The notes beneath the pieces are model-generated. The model had not been told where the DNA came from. It was given only the letters and a program-made list of their open reading frames with translations, and did not search any database. A stretch of DNA of 64,000 nt from Micavibrio sp. (lineage in GTDB: Bacteria; Pseudomonadota; Alphaproteobacteria; Micavibrionales; UBA9664): positions 80,588 through 144,587 of the forward strand of contig PAAR01000028.1 of NCBI GenBank assembly GCA_002699085.1. The letters run 5' to 3'. Every line of letters begins with the position of its first letter. Position 1 is the stretch's first letter. Below are positions 20,691 to 29,531 of this stretch, one piece after another. Position numbers and translations under genes: made by a program.

Positions 20691-22079
20691 GCGTTGAAAA
20701 CCAGCCGCTAGCAATAATAGGGTAAACAGGGATAAAGCAGGAAGTCCTGCAAGAATAAGATTTTCCGTTAGGCCGTTAATAAACATATAGATATAGCCTA
20801 TGGCACACAGACCTAGGCATATGGTTGTATACCAATCAATCCATCGGCTTTTCTTTAGAATGCCTGTTGCGCTTAAAATATAAATAGGGCTGAGAAGATA
20901 TAAAAGCGATACAGAGTTAAATAATACTTGGACGACGTCATTAATCTGCATAGCCACATAGATCATTATAATAAGAACAGCAGGGATCACAATACGTGCA
21001 AATCTAATGTATTTTTCACGTGTGTTGGTTGTCTGAGAGGGCAAAATATTTTTGCCTAGGGACGCTGTAAATAGATAGCAGAAGCTGTCCAATGTAGACA
21101 TGGTTATAGCCATTAGAACTACGGCAAAAGAAGAGAGTAGCCATAAAGGTATTTGATCGGTAAGGCTGAAAAGAAAGAAGAGTGCTTGTGATGGATCTGT
21201 CCCTTCAAGCATAGGTTTTATACCCATACCTACCCATATCAGGCAAAGTGTCATAAAGAGTAAAAAAACGACGGATAATGGAAATGACCATCGAACAACA
21301 GCGGCGTTGCGCGCAGAAAAAATGCGTTGCCATGTTTCTGCTCCTGATAAAATATAAAAACAACCAAGCATAAAAAGCCCAACACCAAATTCAAGGTCAA
21401 CGTCGATAAAGCTTGAGAAATCAAGCAGGTCGGCTTTTGTAGGCTGTATAGTGAGCGGGAAAATAATCAGTAAAAGAATGATGAAAAATTGAAGGAAGTC
21501 AGTTTTAATGACTGTGCTATACCCACCGAAAAACATATATATACCAACAACGGCGGCTACAGCAATAATGCCGTAATCGCTTTTAAACCCAATGACTTCA
21601 GAGAAAATGTTGCCCGAAACATATAATTGCATGGCTATAGCAATAAGTGAGAAAAATAAAATTAATATACTGGCTGATTTTTCGGTTGCCTTGCCTATAA
21701 AATGACGGATTACCTCGCCAATCGTGATAAAATCATGTTCTTTGGCTATAAGACGGATTCTGTTTCCGAATAGAATAAAAAATACCGAGGCAGTGATAAG
21801 TCCAACGAACATCCAAAGTCCGCCATAGGCAGCACCTAGTCCTGCACCAACCCAGAAAACCGCCCCAGAGCCGTCTCGGAAACTTGTCGTGATAGAAGCG
21901 AGTGTAGGTAAAAGACCAACATTGCGAGAGCCAATGACAAAACCATCATGCGTTTCTGTTCGTGCGGAAACAACGCCCATAATAATCATTACAAGAAAGT
22001 AAAGTCCTAGACCCGAAAGGGCATATAGCTGAAACTCTGTCATTTTTCTCCATTGGTTTTTGTTAGAATAACTATTCAA
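20673..22079 (-). CDS. sodium:solute symporter family transporter
   Basis: 468 aa, polytopic with about 12-13 TM segments and an SSS-like N-terminal pattern (GFVIGSRNVG). A possible alternative start is at 22043. Confidence 0.7.
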   Translation of the reverse strand: MNSYSNKNQWRKMTEFQLYALSGLGLYFLVMIIMGVVSARTETHDGFVIGSRNVGLLPTLASITTSFRDGSGAVFWVGAGLGAAYGGLWMFVGLITASVFFILFGNRIRLIAKEHDFITIGEVIRHFIGKATEKSASILILFFSLIAIAMQLYVSGNIFSEVIGFKSDYGIIAVAAVVGIYMFFGGYSTVIKTDFLQFFIILLLIIFPLTIQPTKADLLDFSSFIDVDLEFGVGLFMLGCFYILSGAETWQRIFSARNAAVVRWSFPLSVVFLLFMTLCLIWVGMGIKPMLEGTDPSQALFFLFSLTDQIPLWLLSSFAVVLMAITMSTLDSFCYLFTASLGKNILPSQTTNTREKYIRFARIVIPAVLIIMIYVAMQINDVVQVLFNSVSLLYLLSPIYILSATGILKKSRWIDWYTTICLGLCAIGYIYMFINGLTENLILAGLPALSLFTLLLLAAGFQRLSLKR

Positions 22080-22120
22080 TAAAATTATCTGTTTAGCAAG
22101 CTAGGTAGAGGGGCTGTATC

Positions 22121-22149
22121 TTGACATAAGTTAGTGTTCTGCCTATACA
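22121..22149 (+). promoter_or_regulatory. sigma-70-like promoter candidate upstream of gcrA
   Basis: TTGACA (22121-22126), a 17-nt spacer, then TATACA (22144-22149), about 40 nt upstream of the ATG at 22188. Confidence 0.35.
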
Positions 22150-22187
22150 GAATAAAAAAGAAGAGAGCATTATGCCTAGAAAATCGT

Positions 22188-22790
22188 ATGTTTGGACAAA
22201 ACAAGTTCACGACAAAGCTTGTTGAGTTATGGGCCAAGGGATATAAACCAAAAGAAGCAGTTGCTGAGATTAAGGAAGTGTTTGGTATTACTGTTACACC
22301 AGCCGCCTATTCATCACATGCTCACCAAAACCGTACGGCGTTTCCTTTGAGGGAGACCCATGGAAATAAAGGTCAAGGATCAACAAGAACACGAGCATCT
22401 TATAAAAATAAGGCTGCTAGCTCGGCTTTTAATCCATCCTTTCAAATGACACCGGAAGTGAAGGTAAAGGCTTCTAGGGGCGGCAGAAACGGTTTGAGTG
22501 CAGAAAAAATTGCTGAAATCAATGTGACAGCTTATGGTAAGGCTGAAAAAATGTTAGGTGTAAAGGCGGTGCCTGCAATAAAAGATGCTCTATGTAAGTG
22601 GCCAATTAATGGACCAGAAGAGGCGACATTTCATTTTTGTTGCGCAGCGCGTGCCCCAAACCAAAAAGGGCCTTATTGCTCTGAACATACTAAAATCGCA
22701 TCGCTAGAGCCGAGGGCAAGTAAAAAGGATATCGAAGCCCTGGGACGTATGCGTAAGCGTGGCGCTTTGACACCCAAAATTGATGCATAA
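22188..22790 (+). CDS. gcrA: GcrA-like cell-cycle regulator (divergent)
   Basis: The N-terminus KLVELWAKGY resembles the GcrA HTH. C-terminal CKWPINGP...FHFCC...GPYCSEH is the GcrA signature. The ORF-track GTG at 22134 is rejected in favour of the ATG at 22188. Confidence 0.6.
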   Translation: MFGQNKFTTKLVELWAKGYKPKEAVAEIKEVFGITVTPAAYSSHAHQNRTAFPLRETHGNKGQGSTRTRASYKNKAASSAFNPSFQMTPEVKVKASRGGRNGLSAEKIAEINVTAYGKAEKMLGVKAVPAIKDALCKWPINGPEEATFHFCCAARAPNQKGPYCSEHTKIASLEPRASKKDIEALGRMRKRGALTPKIDA

Positions 22791-22862
22791 TCTAGCTTTC
22801 GTGCCTATGTCGTGGACGGAGACGGTGATGCCACAGGCGCATATCCTAAAAAGCTGGTTAAT

Positions 22863-24182
22863 TTATCCCTTATTGACGGTGAGTTGAATAACGTCAATTG
22901 TGCCGACTTTAAAGCCCGCTTCACAATAGCAAAGATATTGCTCCCATAGACGCTTAAAACGCGTGTCAAATTGCGTCTCTAGTTTTGGCCAAGCAGCTTG
23001 GAAGTCTTTGTTCCATATATTAAGTGTTTTGGCGTAATCTTTACCAAAAGCAATGTAGTTATCCCAAGTAAGATTGGCTTTGCTCGTCTGTTTTTTTAAT
23101 GCATTGATACTTGGCAACATGCCGCCAGGGAAGATATAGCGCTGTATATAATCGGCAGAACGGCGATATTCTTGGAAATGATTGTCATCAATAGTGATGA
23201 TTTGTAAGCCAGCCTTGCCACCCTTTTTAAGGCGATTATGGATTGTTTCAAAGTAGATTGGCCAGTATTTCTCGCCGACTGCTTCAAACATTTCAATCGA
23301 AGCGATACGATCATAAAAGCCTTTTGTGTCACGATAATCTTTCATAACAATTTTAACTTTTTCGTCTAATCCATTGTTTTTAATGCGATTAGTGGCGTAG
23401 TTATATTGCTCTTCAGAAATGGTGATGCAGGTAATTTCGGCGCCGATATGTGTGGCAACATATTCCGCAAAACCACCCCAGCCGCAACCAATCTCTAAAA
23501 CTTTGTGTTGAGGTTGGATATCTAGCATTTTTGCGAGACTCTTATATTTTTCTAATTGTGCTTGTTCTAATGTTTCGTTACCCGTTTTCCAAAGAGCTGA
23601 TGAATATGTCATGGATGGGTCGAGCCATTCTTTATAAAAATTATTGCCTATATCATAGTGTTGATAGATGTTCTTACGAGAGCCTTTTCGGCTGTTTTTA
23701 TTTAGCGAGTGGATAAAAGAAGAAAGTAGCCGATACCAAGCTTTACCACTCAAGGCTTTATTCATGCTGTCTGTATTAAGCAGTATCAATTCAAAAAAAG
23801 TAGTGATATCGGGGGATGACCAATCACCATCAAGATAGGCTTCACAAAATCCTAAACGTCCACCTGTTAGAAATTTACGGGCGACACGATCATTGTGAAT
23901 TATTAAAGTCGCTTTTGGGCCATCTTCTTTGCCGACGAAATGTAATTTTTTATGGTCAGGTAAAATAACATCAAGTGTACCGATCTTTATTTTGGCAATA
24001 AACTTTAGGGTGAATTGTAAGGTACGAGAGGGTTTATAGGCATGGTTGTTTCTACGTGCTTTTATAATGTATTTATTTAAGCCAAAAGGATTGCTAATCA
24101 CATGATCTGCAGGTTTTTCAGATATGGTGTCAAAGGACGAAAATGTATCATATGTTGTTGCGGTGTTTTTATTGAAATCCAT
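22863..24182 (-). CDS. cfa: cyclopropane-fatty-acyl-phospholipid synthase-family SAM methyltransferase
   Basis: 439 aa. SAM motif VLEIGCGWGG and C-terminal WEQYLCYCEAGF. Confidence 0.85.
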   Translation of the reverse strand: MDFNKNTATTYDTFSSFDTISEKPADHVISNPFGLNKYIIKARRNNHAYKPSRTLQFTLKFIAKIKIGTLDVILPDHKKLHFVGKEDGPKATLIIHNDRVARKFLTGGRLGFCEAYLDGDWSSPDITTFFELILLNTDSMNKALSGKAWYRLLSSFIHSLNKNSRKGSRKNIYQHYDIGNNFYKEWLDPSMTYSSALWKTGNETLEQAQLEKYKSLAKMLDIQPQHKVLEIGCGWGGFAEYVATHIGAEITCITISEEQYNYATNRIKNNGLDEKVKIVMKDYRDTKGFYDRIASIEMFEAVGEKYWPIYFETIHNRLKKGGKAGLQIITIDDNHFQEYRRSADYIQRYIFPGGMLPSINALKKQTSKANLTWDNYIAFGKDYAKTLNIWNKDFQAAWPKLETQFDTRFKRLWEQYLCYCEAGFKVGTIDVIQLTVNKG

Positions 24183-24241
24183 AAAGCCTCTATTGTTAAT
24201 ACCATATACTTATTACGTTTGAGGTGGTAATTGGTTACATA

Positions 24242-24997
24242 TTAACTCATATCTTTCTCTGGTGGCTCTGGTTTCGAGATGTATTTAGCGCCTTTGATCC
24301 ATAATTTAAGGGCTTCCCAATGTATGGCAGTGATAATTTTGACGCTTTGAAATGTGTTTTTTATCAGAGCATTAAATAAGTTTTTGTCAGTAAACTCTTT
24401 ACGGTTACCTTCCCAAGTGGCGGTTAAGATTTTACCTTCTGGGGTTTGTTGATGGATAGCGAAGAAGAAAGTCTCAGCGGGCAAAGTGAACTTAAAGTGA
24501 TAATGACAATCCATATGTATAAACGGTGAAACATGAAAAACTTTTTCGTGATCTTGAGTGACAAGGCCGTCTTTTATATCTGTCACAGGAATAAAATAGC
24601 TGTGCATTTCACCGAATGTGTTTTTGACTTGATGCATCACCGCTTTTAATGCGCCATGTCTATCTGTGCAGTAGTAAACGGTAATAGGATTAAATAAATA
24701 GCCCCACATACGGGGGAAGCCGAGCATAAATATTTTGCCACCCTGAATGTCTATCTCTTTATCTCTGGCGGCTTTTTCAATCCATGGACGAATATCTTTG
24801 CCGTCTCTTGTTGCGTGATCTTTGTTATTAACGCTAAAGATGCCAAAGCGATTAAACGAAAAGAGCTTGAGTTTTTTATCAAGGGCAGAAAGCGTATCAA
24901 TATCAATAAAAAATGTAACGACCTTATAAGTGAATTGATGTGAAAACGGCATATGCCGTGCATGGTATACTTTGCCAAAATAGAGTCCTGTTTTCAT
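24242..24997 (-). CDS. DUF1365-family protein
   Basis: 251 aa. G.V.H.R..P..H.F.Y pattern at the N-terminus (GKVYHARHMPFSHQFTY). It lies upstream of cfa, the usual pairing. Confidence 0.7.
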   Translation of the reverse strand: MKTGLYFGKVYHARHMPFSHQFTYKVVTFFIDIDTLSALDKKLKLFSFNRFGIFSVNNKDHATRDGKDIRPWIEKAARDKEIDIQGGKIFMLGFPRMWGYLFNPITVYYCTDRHGALKAVMHQVKNTFGEMHSYFIPVTDIKDGLVTQDHEKVFHVSPFIHMDCHYHFKFTLPAETFFFAIHQQTPEGKILTATWEGNRKEFTDKNLFNALIKNTFQSVKIITAIHWEALKLWIKGAKYISKPEPPEKDMS

Positions 24998-25051
24998 TTA
25001 CAACAGATAGCATTATATAAGAAATTAACCAGTGAATTCTTAAATCGAGCT

Positions 25052-25059
25052 TGTATAAT
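25052..25059 (+). promoter_or_regulatory. -10 element (TG + TATAAT) placed for a leaderless or near-leaderless transcript of the small-ORF/rpiB/glyA operon
   Basis: ttgTATAATacctt then ATG (25065). There is no SD between the -10 box and the start codon. Confidence 0.35.
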
Positions 25060-25064
25060 ACCTT

Positions 25065-25265
25065 ATGAGCAATGATGATTTACAGGGCCGAGAGGTTATT
25101 TTTGAATTTACGCAAATTGGCCATATCGTCAAAGTAACGGCGATGGATGTTAAAAGTAAAACAGAGATTGTTATGCAAGGGCCAACCACCGTACCGCAAA
25201 AGATGTTAGAGAAAAATGCCTTGAAGAAGCTGGAATATGTTTTGAGCAAAAATGGCTTGCTTTGA
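25065..25265 (+). CDS. small conserved alphaproteobacterial protein (DUF6898-like, tentative)
   Basis: 66 aa. REVIFEFTQIGHIVKVTAMD...KKLEYVL resembles small proteins I recall upstream of rpiB/glyA. The overlapping minus-strand ORF 25040..25363 is rejected. Confidence 0.5.
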   Translation: MSNDDLQGREVIFEFTQIGHIVKVTAMDVKSKTEIVMQGPTTVPQKMLEKNALKKLEYVLSKNGLL

Positions 25266-25291
25266 AGAGATTCCCAGCCTATTTCTAATTT

Positions 25292-25738
25292 ATGTCTCAG
25301 AAAAGAAAAATCGCTATTACGGCCGATCATGGGGGCGTTACCCTCAAAACGCTTATTAAACAAAAATTTGATGAAATTGAATGGATTGATCTGGGGACAG
25401 ATAGTGCTGACTCCGTTGATTATCCAGATTTTGGTTTTAAACTAGGGGAAGCAATCGCTAATGGTGAGATTGAGACGGGGATTGCAATTTGTGGTTCAGG
25501 GATTGGTATATCCATGTCTCTTAATCGCTTTAAAGCTGTCCGTGCGGCTGTTTGCCACGACGTAACAACAGCACGGCTTACACGGGTTGATAACAATGCC
25601 AATGTATTGTGCTTAGGGGCACGGGTGATCGGTGATGTTGTCGCATTAGATACGGTCAAAGCCTTTTTGGATACAGGCTTTGAATTTGGCGGAAGACACG
25701 AAAGACGAGTCAATAAATTGGCAGAGAAAGGGCAGTAA
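25292..25738 (+). CDS. rpiB: ribose-5-phosphate isomerase B
   Basis: 148 aa. [14 protein letters not shown] and C-terminal GGRHERRV motifs. Confidence 0.9.
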   Translation: MSQKRKIAITADHGGVTLKTLIKQKFDEIEWIDLGTDSADSVDYPDFGFKLGEAIANGEIETGIAICGSGIGISMSLNRFKAVRAAVCHDVTTARLTRVDNNANVLCLGARVIGDVVALDTVKAFLDTGFEFGGRHERRVNKLAEKGQ

Positions 25739-25739
25739 C

Positions 25740-27071
25740 ATGACAAACACAGCAACGAACCTGAATGATGGAATGGATACAGATATGACACAGGAAACTT
25801 ATTTTAACGACACATTGAGCCATTTAGACCCAGAAGTTTTTGGGCATATTCAGGATGAGCTAAAACGTCAATCAGAAGTGATTGAGTTGATCGCCTCTGA
25901 AAACCTTGTTTCACCTGCGGTAATGCAAGCGCAAGGGTCAGTCTTTACTAATAAATATGCAGAAGGTCTACCGGGTAAACGTTATTATGGCGGTTGTCAG
26001 CATGTGGATGAGGTTGAAACATTAGCAATTGAACGTGCGAAAAAACTTTTTGGCTGCGGCTTTGCGAATGTACAACCTAATTCTGGTTCTCAAGCTAATC
26101 AAGCGGTGTATTTAGCACTTCTTAAGCCAGGCGCAAAATTACTGTCTATGTCTTTAGACCATGGCGGGCATTTAACTCATGGTTCGCCAGTAAATATTTC
26201 GGGTAAATGGTTTGATATCGTGCCTTATGGTGTGAATGAGCAAGGCGTTATCGATTACGACCAAGTGGAAAAATTAGCACTTGAACATAAGCCAGATATG
26301 CTTGTCTGTGGTGCGTCTGCGTATTCTCGTATTGTTGATTGGAAACGTTTTCGTGAAATTGCTGATAAGGTTAATGCTTATTTATTGGCGGATGTGGCGC
26401 ATTATGCAGGTCTTATTGCGGCAGGTGCTATCCCCAATCCATGTGACCATGCCCATGTTGTAACAACAACAACGCATAAAACTTTACGTGGCCCTCGAGG
26501 CGGCATGATTTTATCGAATGATGAAACATTATTCAAAAAACTAAACTCTGCCGTATTCCCAGGTTTACAGGGCGGTCCATTAGAGCATGTTATTGCGGGT
26601 AAGGCAGTGGCATTTGGCCAAGCATTAAAGCCAGAGTTTAAAACCTATGCCCGTCAAATTATTGCCAATACAAAACAATTGGCAGAAACGCTAAAGGAGC
26701 GTGGCTACAAGATTGTTTCTGATGGCACAGATACGCATGTCTTCTTGGTGGATCTGCGTGGTCGCAAGTTTAACGGTAAGCAAGCGCAATATGCGCTAGA
26801 GCGTGCGCATCTTAATTGTAACCGTAATACAGTGCCAAATGATCCAGAAAGCCCTATGATTACTTCTGGGTTACGTCTGGGTGCTGCGGCAGGGACAACA
26901 CGTGGTTTCAAAGAAGCTGAATATACAAAAATCGGTAACTGGATTGCGGATATTTTGGATGGTCTTGCTGATACATTAGGTGAAGCAAATGAAACATTGG
27001 AAACAAAGACCGCCAATGAAATCAAAGCATTCTTGAAGGATTACCCAATTTACTCGAAAGCGATTGCGTAA
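25740..27071 (+). CDS. glyA: serine hydroxymethyltransferase
   Basis: PLP-Lys motif [14 protein letters not shown]. The start is uncertain among 25740 (SD AAAGGG, 1 nt after the rpiB stop), 25773 and 25785. The ORF-track start at 25680 overlaps rpiB. Confidence 0.93.
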   Translation: MTNTATNLNDGMDTDMTQETYFNDTLSHLDPEVFGHIQDELKRQSEVIELIASENLVSPAVMQAQGSVFTNKYAEGLPGKRYYGGCQHVDEVETLAIERAKKLFGCGFANVQPNSGSQANQAVYLALLKPGAKLLSMSLDHGGHLTHGSPVNISGKWFDIVPYGVNEQGVIDYDQVEKLALEHKPDMLVCGASAYSRIVDWKRFREIADKVNAYLLADVAHYAGLIAAGAIPNPCDHAHVVTTTTHKTLRGPRGGMILSNDETLFKKLNSAVFPGLQGGPLEHVIAGKAVAFGQALKPEFKTYARQIIANTKQLAETLKERGYKIVSDGTDTHVFLVDLRGRKFNGKQAQYALERAHLNCNRNTVPNDPESPMITSGLRLGAAAGTTRGFKEAEYTKIGNWIADILDGLADTLGEANETLETKTANEIKAFLKDYPIYSKAIA

Positions 27072-27076
27072 GATAG

Positions 27077-27553
27077 ATGAAGTGCCCTTTTTGCACAGAT
27101 ACTGAGTCTCAGGTAAAGGATTCTCGTCCTTCTGAGGATTATGCTGCGATCCGTCGTCGTCGACAGTGCCCAGGCTGTGGCGCACGGTTTACAACATTTG
27201 AACGGGTGCAATTAAGGGAGCTAAACGTTTTGAAAAATGACGGCACCATACAGCTTTTTGATCGTGATAAGCTGATGCGGTCTATTAAAACGCCCATGCG
27301 TAAACGACCAGTAAGTGAAGAGCAGCTTGAAAAAGTAGTTAGTTCAATCGTTAGACAACTAGAGGCATCAGGCGATAGCGAAGTCACAACGAAGCAAATT
27401 GGGTCTATGGTTATGGACGCTCTGGCAACGCTCGATCAAATCGCCTATGTTCGCTATGCTTCTGTTTATAAAGATTTCCGTGAAACGAATGATTTCAATG
27501 AATTCTTAGATGACATCAAACACTTAAAAGTTGTCAAAGACGGCGCAGAATAA
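27077..27553 (+). CDS. nrdR: transcriptional repressor NrdR
   Basis: 158 aa. MKCPFC...[12 protein letters not shown] zinc ribbon plus ATP-cone. Confidence 0.9.
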   Translation: MKCPFCTDTESQVKDSRPSEDYAAIRRRRQCPGCGARFTTFERVQLRELNVLKNDGTIQLFDRDKLMRSIKTPMRKRPVSEEQLEKVVSSIVRQLEASGDSEVTTKQIGSMVMDALATLDQIAYVRYASVYKDFRETNDFNEFLDDIKHLKVVKDGAE

Positions 27554-27565
27554 GGTTTCTTTCTT

Positions 27566-28159
27566 ATGTTCACAGGTATTATCACCGATATGGGCGAGGT
27601 CGTTGCGCTGGATAAAAACCGTGGTGATGTGCGCTATACTATTAAAACATCTTTTGACATGAACACTATTGATATGGGTGCCTCTATTTGCCATTCAGGC
27701 TGTTGCCTAACAGTGGTTGAAAAGGGGGCTGATTGGTTCTGTGTCGATGTGTCGCTAGAAAGCCTTGATAAAACAACGCTAGGGTCATGGGATGTTGGTA
27801 CAAAGATCAATCTTGAGCGTTCCTTGAAAATGGGTGATGAGCTCGGTGGTCATATCGTTTCAGGTCATGTTGATGGCGTGGCAGAAATCTTGTCGATTAA
27901 GCCAGAAGGTGATTCACATCGGTTGAAAATTAGAATTCCTGAAGGTTTTGAAGGCTTTATTGCTCAAAAAGGCTCTGTGGCACTGGACGGTATTTCTTTA
28001 ACGGTCAATGAGGTTGAAGGAAATATTTTTGGTATTAATATCATTCCACATACATGGGACGTTACAACATTAGGTCAAAAACAAGTCGGCGATTATTTAA
28101 ACTTTGAAATTGATCCATTAGCACGCTATGTTGCGCGTATGATTGAAGTAAAGGGATAA
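27566..28159 (+). CDS. ribE: riboflavin synthase (alpha chain)
   Basis: 197 aa. MFTGII start and duplicated lumazine-binding halves (GASICHSGCCLTV / GSVALDGISLTV). Confidence 0.9.
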   Translation: MFTGIITDMGEVVALDKNRGDVRYTIKTSFDMNTIDMGASICHSGCCLTVVEKGADWFCVDVSLESLDKTTLGSWDVGTKINLERSLKMGDELGGHIVSGHVDGVAEILSIKPEGDSHRLKIRIPEGFEGFIAQKGSVALDGISLTVNEVEGNIFGINIIPHTWDVTTLGQKQVGDYLNFEIDPLARYVARMIEVKG

Positions 28160-28162
28160 AAA

Positions 28163-28648
28163 GTGCCAGAAACAAAAGCCGCAGTAAAAGATAAAAAACC
28201 ATCTAAAAATGCCCGTAAATCAGCGGCTCGTCTTGTTGCTGCGCAATTAGTTTATGAGTATTTCCTAACCAAAACGCCATTAGCTGAGTTAGCTGCGGAT
28301 TATCAATATAATCGTGTTAATACACCGATTGATGAAGAGGGTGAAGATAAAATGGTGCCGGCGGACATTATTATGCTCAAACATATTCTTGATACAGTAG
28401 CGGTTCAGGAAAAAGTTCTTACAGATTTGGTTCAAGGACAGCGAATGAACAAGAACAAAGAGCCAGAATTATTGCTTGAAGCAATCATGTTATGTGCTGC
28501 CGCTGAACTTTTTACTTCTGCCGATCAAGGTATAGATAAGCCGATCATTATTAATGATTATCTACATGTTACTCGAGCGTTTTTTGATGATAATGAGGTG
28601 CATTTTGTGAACGGTACCTTGGACTCTATCGCTAAATTATTGTCTTAA
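28163..28648 (+). CDS. nusB: transcription antitermination factor NusB
   Basis: 161 aa, GTG start. ARKSAARLVAAQLVYEY is NusB-like, with a Lys-rich N-terminal extension. Confidence 0.75.
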   Translation: MPETKAAVKDKKPSKNARKSAARLVAAQLVYEYFLTKTPLAELAADYQYNRVNTPIDEEGEDKMVPADIIMLKHILDTVAVQEKVLTDLVQGQRMNKNKEPELLLEAIMLCAAAELFTSADQGIDKPIIINDYLHVTRAFFDDNEVHFVNGTLDSIAKLLS

Positions 28649-28785
28649 TTTTAAGATTATATTTACCCTTAATAGATACAATTTTAGATAAATCCGAAAC
28701 GATAGTTTTTGGTGTGGCGCAACAATTATGTCATACTAAGATTATAGGGTTTAGAAATAATTCGTAGGGTAGGGGTACTCATTTT

Positions 28786-29205
28786 ATGCTAAAATATTTA
28801 CTAATAGCGGCATCTTTTGTCGTTTTATCATTTTCATCTCCAGCGATGGCAGAAAGCAAAAAAGCGGAAGGGGCAGAAGTATCTGGTCCAGTTTTTGTTG
28901 AGCTTGATCGTCTGACAGTGCCGATTATTAATCAGAACGGTATATCTCAAACAGTGAGTATGTTGATAACTGTAGAGGCACAAGATCAGGCAATGGCTGA
29001 TAAAATTACAAATATGAAACCGCGTCTTAAAGATGCTTTTATTCAAGATATGTATGGTGCGTTTAGCCGTCAGGCAGCTCTTCAAGGCGGTGTGATTAAG
29101 GTAGATGTCATTAAGGCGAGATTGAACAAGGTTTCTCAAAAGGTTATGGGGCCAGATATTATTAGCGATGTATTATTGCAAGCGGTAATGCAGCGCCGAG
29201 TTTAA
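28786..29205 (+). CDS. secreted FliL-like small protein (tentative)
   Basis: 139 aa with signal peptide ...SSPAMA. The pattern FVELDRLTVPI...VSMLITVEA...MKPRLKDAFIQDM resembles the FliL family. Confidence 0.45.
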   Translation: MLKYLLIAASFVVLSFSSPAMAESKKAEGAEVSGPVFVELDRLTVPIINQNGISQTVSMLITVEAQDQAMADKITNMKPRLKDAFIQDMYGAFSRQAALQGGVIKVDVIKARLNKVSQKVMGPDIISDVLLQAVMQRRV

Positions 29206-29332
29206 GGTTAAGTTATAGGTTTATATGAGTTATTTCCTTCGGTTAGTGTATTAAATGTGTTGAAAGAAAGAGGCGGCGTTAATTAATTTTAAACGATTAT
29301 GTGAAATACTGAAAGTATAGAATATAAAAGTT

Positions 29333-29398
29333 TTTTAAGGACTACACACCCTCCTCACGCTCGAAATGGGTCCGCCTCCCTGGTGGACCCATTTTTTT
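29333..29398 (+). ncRNA. candidate small RNA with CCUCC anti-SD-like motifs (5' end not determined)
   Basis: A strong terminator, atgggtcc-gcctccctggt-ggacccat plus ttttttt (29366..29398), is preceded by an unpaired caccctcctcacg. It sits 160 nt after the upstream stop and 134 nt before the hppA ATG. Confidence 0.3.
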
Positions 29399-29449
29399 AT
29401 TAGGCGCTATTATAGCTAATATCTTAAACAATCATTGTGCAGTGCAATG

Positions 29450-29478
29450 GGGGTAGTTTTGTCTTACCCCTTGTTTTT
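29450..29478 (+). terminator. second terminator-like hairpin in the hppA leader
   Basis: ggggtag-ttttgtc-tttacccc type stem (g50-c70 ... a55-t65) followed by ttgttttt, 54 nt upstream of the hppA ATG. Confidence 0.4.
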
Positions 29479-29531
29479 ATGTGATTTTCTAAGCATCATC
29501 TAAGCAATAAAAATATAAGGAGACAATTTTT

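Noticed and set aside
22791-22862. Possible hairpin or terminator between gcrA and cfa (gtgcct...aggcgc, gtgg...ccac).
   Set aside because: Only short, interrupted complementarity with mismatches, and no flanking T- or A-run. This is not convincing as a terminator.
25040-25363. 107-aa minus-strand ORF overlapping the 66-aa plus-strand ORF and the rpiB start.
   Set aside because: It overlaps two better-supported plus-strand genes. Its composition is low-complexity and hydrophobic, typical of an antisense shadow ORF, and no motif is present.
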